From an uncultured virus (IMG/VR IMGVR_UViG_3300033064_004648) (taxonomy: Duplodnaviria; Heunggongvirae; Uroviricota; Caudoviricetes), in the IMG/VR virus record IMGVR_UViG_3300033064_004648, positions 62,001 to 122,829 of that record: a stretch of 60,829 bases of DNA; one strand, written 5' to 3'. Positions within the stretch are counted from its first letter, which is position 1, and each line of letters opens with the position of its first letter. The notes beneath the pieces are model-generated. The model did not search any database and had not been told where the DNA came from. It was given only the letters and a program-made list of their open reading frames with translations. The position numbers were made by a program, and so were the translations under genes. Positions 1-9,189 of this stretch are shown here, one piece after another.

Positions 1-264
1 CAACGGACTAAATTAGAATTAGGGGCAACGGCGGCAGAATTTGTGGTAGGACCAATCGCAGAAGAATTGGCGTTGTGTATGAGATATTTCGAGAAGAATA
101 TCCCGACAGAAGAAACAGAATTCCCTCCAATTAAAAACTTCTTTCTACATCCATTAATAGAGGACATAGAAAATGATATAATGGCTCATGCGATTGAATA
201 TCCTGACCACGGTTTTAAAATAAAAGTTGAATGGATTCCTTCAGCTAAGAAGAAAACAAAATGA
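1..264 (+). CDS. hypothetical phage protein, probably 5'-truncated by the window edge
   Basis: Frame is open from base 1 to the TGA at 262-264; overlaps the next ATG (ATGA). Confidence 0.55.
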   Translation, partial: QRTKLELGATAAEFVVGPIAEELALCMRYFEKNIPTEETEFPPIKNFFLHPLIEDIENDIMAHAIEYPDHGFKIKVEWIPSAKKKTK

Positions 265-581
265 TAAAAATATATTCAGGAGCATTATCAAGATACTTTG
301 AAAAATTTACATTAAATAAAGACGACCCATTTTACATATTTTTTCCTTGTAAAAAAACATGGCGTGGAATAGAGGTAATTCCAACAGAATGTAGCAAATG
401 GGCAAATGAGATTGGTTCTTATAGAATGATATTTGATGAAAACAATCTCAAATATAATTCTTTTGCGATTACGAAGGAAGGTATTGAAATACAAATTTCT
501 AAAAACAGATTAATAGAAAGCCAAGAACAATTAGTCAACGAAATAAGCCAAGGATTTTTGGTGCCTTTAAAAACCAAATAA
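261..581 (+). CDS. hypothetical protein
   Basis: 106-aa ORF, ATGA-coupled to the upstream gene. Confidence 0.65.
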   Translation: MIKIYSGALSRYFEKFTLNKDDPFYIFFPCKKTWRGIEVIPTECSKWANEIGSYRMIFDENNLKYNSFAITKEGIEIQISKNRLIESQEQLVNEISQGFLVPLKTK

Positions 582-613
582 AATACATATTTTATGTGAA
601 AAGGAATATAAAA

Positions 614-811
614 ATGGAATATGAAATAGTAATGGAAGAACGGATGACTTTAAACAGTGCAGAAATCGATGCATTTATGTCGCTTGTAGGCGAAACGACT
701 AGAAAGCAAAAAATGGGTTTTAGAGTCTCTGAATCAGACTCTAATTTATTGGATGAAGTTTATTTTGAGGTGTGTGATTTGCGCAGACAGAATAACATAG
801 AAACCACATAG
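614..811 (+). CDS. hypothetical protein
   Basis: ORF 596..811; the ATG at 614 follows AAGGA. Confidence 0.55.
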   Translation: MEYEIVMEERMTLNSAEIDAFMSLVGETTRKQKMGFRVSESDSNLLDEVYFEVCDLRRQNNIETT

Positions 812-812
812 A

Positions 813-1016
813 ATGATAAGAAAAATATATCTAAGATTGCTTTTATGGGGTTTTAGAATCGGCGCATTTTTTCATTGGGAGTTTGCAGAAGACCAGTGCG
901 AGGATTTAGAACTTGCTCTTAACGATGAGTTTATTGCTGGTATGAGAAAAATAATTAAAGCTGTAGAATCTACGGATTTTGATATTGGTAAGGTAAAAAA
1001 GGTTGATAAGTTATAG
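813..1016 (+). CDS. hypothetical protein
   Basis: 67-aa ORF, 1 nt after the previous stop. Confidence 0.55.
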   Translation: MIRKIYLRLLLWGFRIGAFFHWEFAEDQCEDLELALNDEFIAGMRKIIKAVESTDFDIGKVKKVDKL

Positions 1017-1061
1017 TAAAAAACCACATAAAATGAGGGTTTTATCATAAAAGGAAAAAAT

Positions 1062-1697
1062 ATGGCGGCAATAGCATACGATAATAATGGAAATATAAGG
1101 ATACCAAAAAAAGAAAATAAAAAGGAGAAAATAATGAGTGCACTAAGTGATTATGTGAACGTAAAAAATTACAAAATAGAAATAGATGGCAATACTATGG
1201 GAGATTCAATTTTGAGCGGAGAAGTAAGTATTGGATTTGATTGGGCAGAAGAAAATAAAAAAGTTTTTACCAAGGAGATATTAAAAAGCATGAAAAACAA
1301 TAATGAATTTACTTTTATGAACAGGATAGGAGAGTTTGCAACATATATTCAAAATGAAACAAATTACGAAAATCTAGTACCAAAAAGAGTTATCTATAAT
1401 GGGCGCACCACTATTTGCAAATGGAAAGATGGTACAAAAACAGTTGTCAAAGCAACTAAAGATGATAATCCAACACATGAGCACGGCGTAGCCATGGCAG
1501 TTATTCGAAAACTATTTCCAAGCCGACAAGAATTTCTTAGGTTGGTGGATAGTGGATATGATGTGATTGAAGAGACAAAGAAAAGAGAGATAGAAAAAGC
1601 AGAACGAAAAGAAATTGCGAGACTTGAAAAAATAAGAATAAAAGATGAAAAAGAACGTGCAAAAGCAAAACTTGGCGAGTTTATCGTAAAGGAATAA
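1062..1697 (+). CDS. conserved phage protein (VIYNGRTTICKWKDGTKTVVK-type domain); alternative start at 1134
   Basis: Motif resembles a common phage family (VIFN..TIV.W.DGTKTVVK); AAGGAG precedes the ATG at 1134. Confidence 0.7.
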   Translation: MAAIAYDNNGNIRIPKKENKKEKIMSALSDYVNVKNYKIEIDGNTMGDSILSGEVSIGFDWAEENKKVFTKEILKSMKNNNEFTFMNRIGEFATYIQNETNYENLVPKRVIYNGRTTICKWKDGTKTVVKATKDDNPTHEHGVAMAVIRKLFPSRQEFLRLVDSGYDVIEETKKREIEKAERKEIARLEKIRIKDEKERAKAKLGEFIVKE

Positions 1698-1700
1698 GTA

Positions 1701-1865
1701 ATGGACAAAATCAATGTACTTGCAAAAAACATTATAGCTATGCTCATGGATTACGATGAGTCGCTTGCTGATTTTTTTATTGAATTAGATGAAATCGATA
1801 AAAAAGAACTCATGAGTGATTTAGAAGATATAATTTATATTGCCACAGAAAAATATTGGGCATAG
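1701..1865 (+). CDS. small acidic hypothetical protein (54 aa; below the ORF-track cutoff)
   Basis: ATG at 1701 after AAGGA; reads MDKINVLAKNIIAMLMDYDESLADFF...KYWA*; fills the gap between neighbours. Confidence 0.6.
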   Translation: MDKINVLAKNIIAMLMDYDESLADFFIELDEIDKKELMSDLEDIIYIATEKYWA

Positions 1866-1870
1866 ATAGA

Positions 1871-2707
1871 ATGAAACATGGAGTTTACAAAATTGAAAAT
1901 ATTTGTGATAAATCATTATATATTGGATCGGGGAATCTAAAGGAAAGATTTTATCATAACTTCAATGATCTAAAAAGAAATGCCCACTATAATTCCAATT
2001 TTCAAGAATCGTACAATTTATACGGCAAAGAAAATTTTGAATTTATTGTTCTTTTGTATTGTGAATCATTTGAGTTGATTCGTTATGAACAATTTCTTGT
2101 AGATAAATATAAAAATTCTGGCTTATTATATAATGTTTGTATTTATGATGTTCAAAACAGAAAAAAAGTTAAAGCAACCCAAAAAACGCGTGCAAAAATG
2201 TGTAAAAGCCATCCCGATATGAGAGGTAAAAACAATCCTATGTGGGGGAAGAAGGGAAAAAATAGCCCTCTTTATAGAAGGTATAACGGTAAAAGCAATC
2301 CTTTTTATGGCAAAACACATACTTCAGAGACAATTGAAAAGATGTCAGGAGAAAATAATCATGGCATTATAAAAGAAACAATAGTAAGGCAGGTAATAGA
2401 TCTGTTGGAAAAGAAAGTATTACAAAAGGATATTGTTAAAAAAACTGGTATTAGTTTATCTACTATAGCAAAAGTAAAACAAGGATTTTATAATGATATA
2501 TATAATCTTCCAACGAAAAAATATATTCGCGGAAATACTAAAGATAAAGAAATAGTTTTAGAAATTTTACAACTATTGAATAAAGGAATGATACAGTCTG
2601 ATATTGCCAAAAAATTAAACGTTGGAATAGGAACAGTTTATAAAGTAAAAAGTGGTGGATACAATAAGACTTATAATTTAGAAAATAATGAAAAAAATAA
2701 TAAATGA
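1871..2707 (+). CDS. GIY-YIG homing endonuclease with NUMOD3-like repeats and two C-terminal HTH modules
   Basis: GVYKIEN...LYIGS...LKER...H; NPMWGK/NPFYGKTHTSETIEKMS repeats; likely start is the ATG at 1871. Confidence 0.88.
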   Translation: MKHGVYKIENICDKSLYIGSGNLKERFYHNFNDLKRNAHYNSNFQESYNLYGKENFEFIVLLYCESFELIRYEQFLVDKYKNSGLLYNVCIYDVQNRKKVKATQKTRAKMCKSHPDMRGKNNPMWGKKGKNSPLYRRYNGKSNPFYGKTHTSETIEKMSGENNHGIIKETIVRQVIDLLEKKVLQKDIVKKTGISLSTIAKVKQGFYNDIYNLPTKKYIRGNTKDKEIVLEILQLLNKGMIQSDIAKKLNVGIGTVYKVKSGGYNKTYNLENNEKNNK

Positions 2708-3234
2708 AAACAATAATTCTCGACGTAGACGATGTTATTTTGGATCTTGTTCCTAACTGGTTAAGACTTTATAATAAAGATTTTAATGATAATTTAACAA
2801 CAGAACAAGTTACTGAATGGAATATTACAAAGTTTATAAAACCAGAGGCAAAACAATCTATTTATAAATATGTTCACGGTGGTGAAGTTTTTCGAACTGC
2901 TCAACCAATTAAAGGCGCCATAAAATCAATTCTCCAAATTATATCTTGGCAAAACAATAGAATTGTTTATGTAACGGCTGGCGATCCTATGGATGCTAAA
3001 TACAATTGGTTATGTAAACATAAAATACTGTTTCGTCGAGAAGATTTTGTGACGGCGTTTGATAAAAGTTTAATAAGAGGATTTTCAATTTTGGATGATA
3101 AATATGAAAATGTTGTTGGGTTTAAAGGAAAACAATATCTTTTTGATCGTCCGTGGAATAGACATTATAATGCCCCCAATAGAATATATGATTGGAAAGA
3201 GTATATGACACAACTAAGAAAGGATTTAGAATGA
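2704..3234 (+). CDS. 5'(3')-deoxyribonucleotidase (HAD family, NT5C-like)
   Basis: IILDVDDVILD HAD motif I; K..WL; ILDDK..N; LFDRPWN. Confidence 0.88.
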   Translation: MKTIILDVDDVILDLVPNWLRLYNKDFNDNLTTEQVTEWNITKFIKPEAKQSIYKYVHGGEVFRTAQPIKGAIKSILQIISWQNNRIVYVTAGDPMDAKYNWLCKHKILFRREDFVTAFDKSLIRGFSILDDKYENVVGFKGKQYLFDRPWNRHYNAPNRIYDWKEYMTQLRKDLE

Positions 3235-3905
3235 CCGAAATGCGAAATGATTTAACAGGACAAAAGTTTGGCAGATGGAAAGTAATTAAATTCAGTCATA
3301 TGGACAAAAGACAAGGAGCTCACTGGTTATGTGAATGCACCAACGACGGAAACAGAAGAGTTGTAAGTGCTGGTTCTTTAAGAAGCGGAAATTCAAAGAG
3401 TTGCGGATGTTTAAGTTCAGAAATAACAGCTAATAGGAATAAAAGAAATGCAAAATGGCAGGGTGATTCTACTACTAATCCAAAACTATATAATGCGTGG
3501 AATCATATGAAACAAAGATGCGAAAAAGATTATGTTCATAGCAAAAAATATTATAAAGACAGGGGAATTAAAGTTTGTAATGAATGGCAAAATTATAATA
3601 TTTTTAAAAAATGGTCATTGAAAAATGGTTTTGGGAAGGATTTATCTCTAGACAGAATTGATAATGACGGAAATTACGAACCTACAAATTGTCGATGGGT
3701 TGACGCACAAACACAAGCAAACAACACACGCACAAATCACCGAGTTGTTATAAACAATGTTTCAAAAACTTTAATGGAGTGGGAAAGATTTAGTGGGATT
3801 AAACGAGAAACTATTGCTTACAGAGTAAAAGCAGGATGGAAAGACCAAGACTTATTAAATCCGCCTAAAATTCAAGCGAAAGAACAAGGTTATGGAAAAA
3901 ATTAA
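3231..3905 (+). CDS. HNH-type homing endonuclease
   Basis: DLTGQKFGRWKV, WLCEC, SKSCGC, W..MKQRC, RGIKVC.EW, SLDRIDNDGNYEPTNCRW; start 3231 is ATGA-coupled. Confidence 0.85.
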   Translation: MTEMRNDLTGQKFGRWKVIKFSHMDKRQGAHWLCECTNDGNRRVVSAGSLRSGNSKSCGCLSSEITANRNKRNAKWQGDSTTNPKLYNAWNHMKQRCEKDYVHSKKYYKDRGIKVCNEWQNYNIFKKWSLKNGFGKDLSLDRIDNDGNYEPTNCRWVDAQTQANNTRTNHRVVINNVSKTLMEWERFSGIKRETIAYRVKAGWKDQDLLNPPKIQAKEQGYGKN

Positions 3906-4452
3906 AGTTATATTATTGTCGGGCAAGGCGGAATCAGGTAAAACATCTGTCGCAAAAATACTAAAAAAGAAATTAGAACAAGAAAATAAAAAAGTGTTGT
4001 TGATCAATTTTGCCGATTATCTTAAATTTGTTTCGCAAAAATATCTTGGATGGAATGGGATAAAAGACAAGAAAGGGAGAGGCATACTCCAATTTGTAGG
4101 TACGGATTTAGCGAGAAAAAAACAACCAGATTTTTGGGCAGATACAGTTGCAAGATTAGTTTTTGTATTGAATGATAATTTTGATTATTTTATTGCCGAC
4201 GATGCAAGGTTTATTGAAGAGATGGAATGTTTTAAAGATCAAGATGTATTTTCAACAACAATAAAAATTGTCCGATTAAATTATGAAAATTCATTGACCG
4301 AAAAACAGAAACAGCATTTATCAGAAACCTCATTAGATAATTTCTTATTTGATTATATTATTAAATCTGAAAGTGGATTGGATTATCTAGAAAAAGAAGT
4401 CGATAAATTTTTAATACAATATAACAACAATAATAACAATAGAGAAAGATAA
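3892..4452 (+). CDS. deoxynucleoside monophosphate kinase
   Basis: P-loop LSGKAESGKT, FADYLK, R..LQ.VGTD..R, DARF..E, H.SE..LD. Confidence 0.88.
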   Translation: MEKIKVILLSGKAESGKTSVAKILKKKLEQENKKVLLINFADYLKFVSQKYLGWNGIKDKKGRGILQFVGTDLARKKQPDFWADTVARLVFVLNDNFDYFIADDARFIEEMECFKDQDVFSTTIKIVRLNYENSLTEKQKQHLSETSLDNFLFDYIIKSESGLDYLEKEVDKFLIQYNNNNNNRER

Positions 4453-4459
4453 CAACAAT

Positions 4460-7408
4460 ATGAAATTTCCAATGACACAAAGTTTTCGATTAACACAAAG
4501 TTTTTTGGACAAGTATAAAAAAATAAAACCTAACTTTGGTTTTAATGGTCTTGGGGAATTCGTCTTCATGAGAACATATAGTCGAATAACAGAAACAGGC
4601 AAAAATGAAACATGGCAACAGACCGTACAGAGAGTGGTTGAGGGAATTTATTCTATTCAAAGACAACATATTGAAGATTATAATCTAGGGTGGAATCAGA
4701 CAAAATCTCAAAAATCTGCTCAAGAAATGTATGATAGAATTTTTAATTTTAAAATGCTTCCCTCTGGTCGTTCGCTCTGGGCAATGGGAACAAACATTAT
4801 TAAAGAAAGAGGGCTGGCAGAAGCGCTATATTCATGTTGTTTCTTGACAACTGAAAATATCAATGAAAATCCTAGTAAACCATTCGCTAACGCAATGGAT
4901 TTTCTTATGTGCGGAATTGGAATTGGAGCTGACCTAAAAGGGGCGAACAAAATTGTTGTAAAACAACCACATGAAAAAACACATGAATTTATTGTTCCAG
5001 ATAGCAGAGAAGGGTGGGTAGAATCAATAGAGTTGTTGATCGATTCTTTTTTTGTCGGAAAAAACTATGTTTTTGACTATAGTTTAATTCGTAAGGCTGG
5101 CGAACCAATTAGAACATTTGGAGGAATTTCAGCAGGAAGCAAGCCATTAAGAGAACTGCACAAATCTATTTCGAAATTTCTTACAAAAAATATCGGTAAA
5201 CCTATTACATCAAAAATTATTGCAGACATTTTTAACGTTATTGGTAAAGCAGTAGTTTCTGGAAACATTAGAAGATCTGCCGAAATTCTTATTGGTAGTT
5301 ACGAAGATAAAGAGTTTATGGATTTAAAAAATTATAAAATTAATCCCGATAGACGATCTTATGGATGGTCAAGCAACAATTCAATCTATGCGGATATTGG
5401 AATGGATTATTCAGATAGTTCTAGTAGAACTATAAAAACTGGTGAACCAGGTTATATTTGGATAGAAAATGCCCGTAAATACTCACGTATAAGGGCGACT
5501 GAAGCAAATTATAAAGACAAGAGGGCATCTGGATTAAATCCTTGTTTTGCCTATAGTTCAAGACTCCTAACCTCTGATGGATATAAAAAAATTGGTGACC
5601 TTGAAGGAAAATCTATTCAAATTTATGATAAAAATGGAGAAAAAGTAAAAGCCGAAATTATTAGCAGTGGCAATAAAGAAGTCATTGAACTAAAACTTTC
5701 TAATCGTCAAACCATTCAATGTACACCGAACCATATGTTCATGACACTCGAAGGCAAAAAAACTATGGCAAAGGATTTGAAAAATCAAAAGATTATGCCA
5801 TATATTAGATCGAAAACATTAGATGATAAATTTATCTTATTGGGATTTATTCAGGGAGACGGAAATTTAACTCGTCTAAATTCCAAGACACATAAGGGTC
5901 TGGAAATAAACGTTGGATTAAAAGATAAAGAAATTATTTTTCTGGCTGATAAATTAGGACTAAAATACACTCGCCCCCAAGAGGGAAGGACAATCTACGT
6001 TCAAGGATGGAATACCTATCTCTTAAGTCTTGATTTTGATGCATCTACTTTGCCAAATAGAGAATTTCCTTCGTCATATAATAACTTTACAAAAAAAGAG
6101 AAGGCTTCGTTCTTGAATGGTTGTTTTACCGCAAACGGATGTATTAATAACAAAGGAAGAATTACTTACAAAGCAACCAGCAACATTTTTATTAGCAAAC
6201 TAAAAGAAACTTTAAAAAGAGATTTTGGCATTGATTCTTATATCACAACCAATAAACCCAAAATGACTAAATTTAAAAATGGAACATATCTTTGTAAAGA
6301 AAGCTATGATTTAAATATTGCAAAATTTGAGCACAAACTACAGTTTTTCAACGAGATTGGGTTTTACCACAAATATAAAACAAATATACTGAAAAAACAT
6401 TTATTGAAAAAGTGTCCTTACGTTAGAAGCATCAGACCTATTGGGGTTCAACCAGTTTATGATTTTTCAATGGAAAAAACACATTGGGGTGTAGTCAATG
6501 GATTTATTGCCCATAACTGCGGAGAAATTACATTAGAGTCGGGAGAATTATGCAACCTTGTTGAAACTTTTCCAGACCACCATGAATCTTTAGATGACTA
6601 TAAAATAACATTGAAATATGCCTACCTATATGCAAAATCGATTACGTTACTAAATACGCATTGGTCAGAAACTAACAGAGTAATGTTACGCAATAGAAGG
6701 ATAGGGCTTTCAATGTCAGGGATTGCTCAGTTTGTTTCCTCAAGAGGATTGAACGAATTAAAGTTGTGGATGAAAGAGGGTTATGATACTGCAAAATATT
6801 ACGACAAAATATATAGCGATTGGCTTGCTATTCCTGAGTCTATAAAAATAACAACCATAAAGCCGTCTGGAACAATCTCTCTTTTAGCGGGTGCAACCCC
6901 AGGCATTCATTTCCCAGAATCACAATATTATATAAGGCGAGTTAGGATCGCAAATAATTCCTCATTTATAAATGTACTCAAAAGGGCTGGACATAAAATA
7001 GAAAAGGTGATAGGACAAGAGGATACAACTAGTGTTGTTGAATTTCCTGTGTTTGTAGGAAAAAACATAAGATCCATCAACGATGTGTCTATGTGGGAAC
7101 AATTGGGTCTCGCATCTTTCGTACAAAGAAACTGGTCTGATAATAGCGTCAGTGTTACAATTACATTTGGTAAGAAAGAAGAAAAAGATATTGCCAATGC
7201 TTTAAATATCTATCAGTTTCAATTAAAGGCTGTGTCTTTTTTACCAAAACTTAACAAAAATATTTATCCCCAAATGCCTTATGAAGCCATTACAGAAGAA
7301 GAATATAATACAATGGCTAAGAAATTAAAGCCTTTAAGATTCTCAAAAATGGAATCTACAAGAGCAATAGGCGAAAAATATTGCACTAATGATACATGTG
7401 AACTTTAA
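4460..7408 (+). CDS. nrdJ: class II (adenosylcobalamin-dependent, monomeric RTPR-type) ribonucleotide reductase containing an intein
   Basis: RTYSR, PSGRSLWAMG, VVSGNIRRSA, GEPG, NP/CGEI (split by the intein), CNLVE, TTIKPSGTISLLAG, C-terminal CTNDTC. Confidence 0.93.
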   Translation: MKFPMTQSFRLTQSFLDKYKKIKPNFGFNGLGEFVFMRTYSRITETGKNETWQQTVQRVVEGIYSIQRQHIEDYNLGWNQTKSQKSAQEMYDRIFNFKMLPSGRSLWAMGTNIIKERGLAEALYSCCFLTTENINENPSKPFANAMDFLMCGIGIGADLKGANKIVVKQPHEKTHEFIVPDSREGWVESIELLIDSFFVGKNYVFDYSLIRKAGEPIRTFGGISAGSKPLRELHKSISKFLTKNIGKPITSKIIADIFNVIGKAVVSGNIRRSAEILIGSYEDKEFMDLKNYKINPDRRSYGWSSNNSIYADIGMDYSDSSSRTIKTGEPGYIWIENARKYSRIRATEANYKDKRASGLNPCFAYSSRLLTSDGYKKIGDLEGKSIQIYDKNGEKVKAEIISSGNKEVIELKLSNRQTIQCTPNHMFMTLEGKKTMAKDLKNQKIMPYIRSKTLDDKFILLGFIQGDGNLTRLNSKTHKGLEINVGLKDKEIIFLADKLGLKYTRPQEGRTIYVQGWNTYLLSLDFDASTLPNREFPSSYNNFTKKEKASFLNGCFTANGCINNKGRITYKATSNIFISKLKETLKRDFGIDSYITTNKPKMTKFKNGTYLCKESYDLNIAKFEHKLQFFNEIGFYHKYKTNILKKHLLKKCPYVRSIRPIGVQPVYDFSMEKTHWGVVNGFIAHNCGEITLESGELCNLVETFPDHHESLDDYKITLKYAYLYAKSITLLNTHWSETNRVMLRNRRIGLSMSGIAQFVSSRGLNELKLWMKEGYDTAKYYDKIYSDWLAIPESIKITTIKPSGTISLLAGATPGIHFPESQYYIRRVRIANNSSFINVLKRAGHKIEKVIGQEDTTSVVEFPVFVGKNIRSINDVSMWEQLGLASFVQRNWSDNSVSVTITFGKKEEKDIANALNIYQFQLKAVSFLPKLNKNIYPQMPYEAITEEEYNTMAKKLKPLRFSKMESTRAIGEKYCTNDTCEL
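5543..6517 (+). mobile_element. intein (325 aa) with LAGLIDADG endonuclease, inserted in the RNR active-site NPCxE motif
   Basis: Begins CFAYSSRLLT after LNP; block B CTPNH; LLGFIQGDG and FLNGCFTANG; ends VYDF...NGFIAHN followed by +1 Cys (CGEITL). Confidence 0.93.
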
Positions 7409-7436
7409 TAAACAATAAAATTAAGGAATCAATACA

Positions 7437-7790
7437 ATGAAACTAAACGAATATGTAAAATGGACAGGAAATACTTGCGCTAAATTAGAATCAAAATTTA
7501 TGGACGACATTCATATGATATTTGGAATGTCTACAGAAATAGGGGAATTGCAAGATGTATATAAAAAACATATTGCATACAAAAAAAATATTGACTGGAT
7601 AAATGTTGAAGAAGAAATAGGTGATATTATGTTTTATCTTGCTTCTTTTTGTCGTATAAATAATTTTGATCTAGAAGAAATACTTGAAACAAATGTTAAA
7701 AAATTAGAATCAAGATACCCAGATAAATTTACGGAATATCATGCTTTAAACAGAGATCTTTCGAAAGAAAGAGAAATATTAGAAAAATAA
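7437..7790 (+). CDS. MazG-like nucleotide pyrophosphohydrolase
   Basis: GMSTEIGELQD..KK, EEIGDIMFY, N..KL..RYP.KF. Confidence 0.88.
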   Translation: MKLNEYVKWTGNTCAKLESKFMDDIHMIFGMSTEIGELQDVYKKHIAYKKNIDWINVEEEIGDIMFYLASFCRINNFDLEEILETNVKKLESRYPDKFTEYHALNRDLSKEREILEK

Positions 7791-7800
7791 AAAATCGTAA

Positions 7801-7824
7801 AAAAAAGCCCCCGAAGGGGCTTTA
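7801..7824. terminator. bidirectional intrinsic terminator between the convergent genome arms
   Basis: AAAAAAGCCCC-CGAA-GGGGCTTT located between convergent genes. Confidence 0.85.
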
Positions 7825-7841
7825 TAATTTGTTTTTAAATT

Positions 7842-8183
7842 TTATCCAAGAAATACATTCGCCAATAATCCTAAACCAGTTAAAACATTCATAATGATGG
7901 CAATTTTTACTTCTTTAGCAATATCTTTGCGTTCAAGGTGTTCATCCCACATTGTATCATTTTGAGATTTTATTCCTTTTTTACCATTTCCATTGATATC
8001 GGTATCAAGTTCATTGACTCTTTTAAAGTCAATTTTTCTATAAGCATGAATTTCGCGCATTTCTGATTTTATTTCATTCATGGCCTTTATTAGGTTTAAG
8101 TTAGTTTCATTTAATGTTTTTGTGAACTTAGAATCTTGTTCGTGTATTGCCTTCATTAGCTGGGTGTTAGTTATTCCTGCCAT
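7842..8183 (-). CDS. lysis-cassette membrane protein (holin/XhlA-like)
   Basis: Coiled coil plus one C-terminal transmembrane helix; immediately downstream of the endolysin. Confidence 0.55.
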   Translation of the reverse strand: MAGITNTQLMKAIHEQDSKFTKTLNETNLNLIKAMNEIKSEMREIHAYRKIDFKRVNELDTDINGNGKKGIKSQNDTMWDEHLERKDIAKEVKIAIIMNVLTGLGLLANVFLG

Positions 8184-9077
8184 TTATATTCTCTCCTTTA
8201 TGTATTTGGTGTTGGCAGATACATATACAATTCTTTCAGGAATTTTTATTGGCTGCCAGGTGATCCCACTGGCCTTTTCATATTTTGTTTCTCCTGCCTT
8301 TTCATAAATTTCGCCATCACGAGTAATAACTGAATGTGTTCGTGATTCAAATATCGGTTCTGAACGTCCCCATAATTGATTTACTAATATTTCAACGCGA
8401 GTTTTTTCGATTGGGTCTGGGGGAGTTGGAATAGTATTTTCATCGCCTATATAATCAAATAATTCTTGATTGGTGCCATTAAATCTGTTTAAGTCAAGGT
8501 TCTTTCCAGCAGATCCGTATTTTAATCCATCGCCATTTTCTGTAAATTGCCAGAATGTATAAGGAACATTATTATTTATCCACACAGAAGGCATAGATGG
8601 TTTTGATGCAAGTGTGTAGTTAGCAACCCATAAATCATATTTTAATGCCCAAGTTTGATTGACACTATTGACTAAACCATTCCAATATCCTTGAGAAGTA
8701 TAAATGATTATCTTTGTTTCTGGTAATAATCGTTCTATCTCTTTTATAAATGCTTGTAATTCTGAGAATGTAGGTTTACCATAATTTGCTGTGTTTTCAA
8801 AATCAACAACTATCGGAAGTTCGCCAATATCGTGTTTTACTCTATCGACAAAAACTTTTGCGGTTTTAACTTGGTTGAATCCATGTATGACCCAGCCATA
8901 CGCACCCCTTGCTATACCGGCTTTTTTTGCTTCAATCCAGTTTCGTTCAAATTGTTTGTCGTGCGTGTAACCAAATACGGCTCTCATAAAAGCGTATATT
9001 ACATTTTCTGATTTAGCTTTGTCCCAATTAAATATTCCATTGTGGTGAGATACATCTATTCCACTCGTTCCATTCAT
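8184..9077 (-). CDS. endolysin, glycoside hydrolase family 25 lysozyme
   Basis: GIDVSHHNG, RGAY, VVDFE, IIYTS, LWVANY, FWQFT, LDLNRFNG. Confidence 0.92.
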   Translation of the reverse strand: MNGTSGIDVSHHNGIFNWDKAKSENVIYAFMRAVFGYTHDKQFERNWIEAKKAGIARGAYGWVIHGFNQVKTAKVFVDRVKHDIGELPIVVDFENTANYGKPTFSELQAFIKEIERLLPETKIIIYTSQGYWNGLVNSVNQTWALKYDLWVANYTLASKPSMPSVWINNNVPYTFWQFTENGDGLKYGSAGKNLDLNRFNGTNQELFDYIGDENTIPTPPDPIEKTRVEILVNQLWGRSEPIFESRTHSVITRDGEIYEKAGETKYEKASGITWQPIKIPERIVYVSANTKYIKERI

Positions 9078-9189
9078 TGATTACCTCCTATTTATTTTTA
9101 TATTTTCCCTAGTTATGCAAAACACATAGATAGGAGTCGTTATTCATTTAAAACCACATAAAACAAACATTTTATTGGGTTCTTAATAT

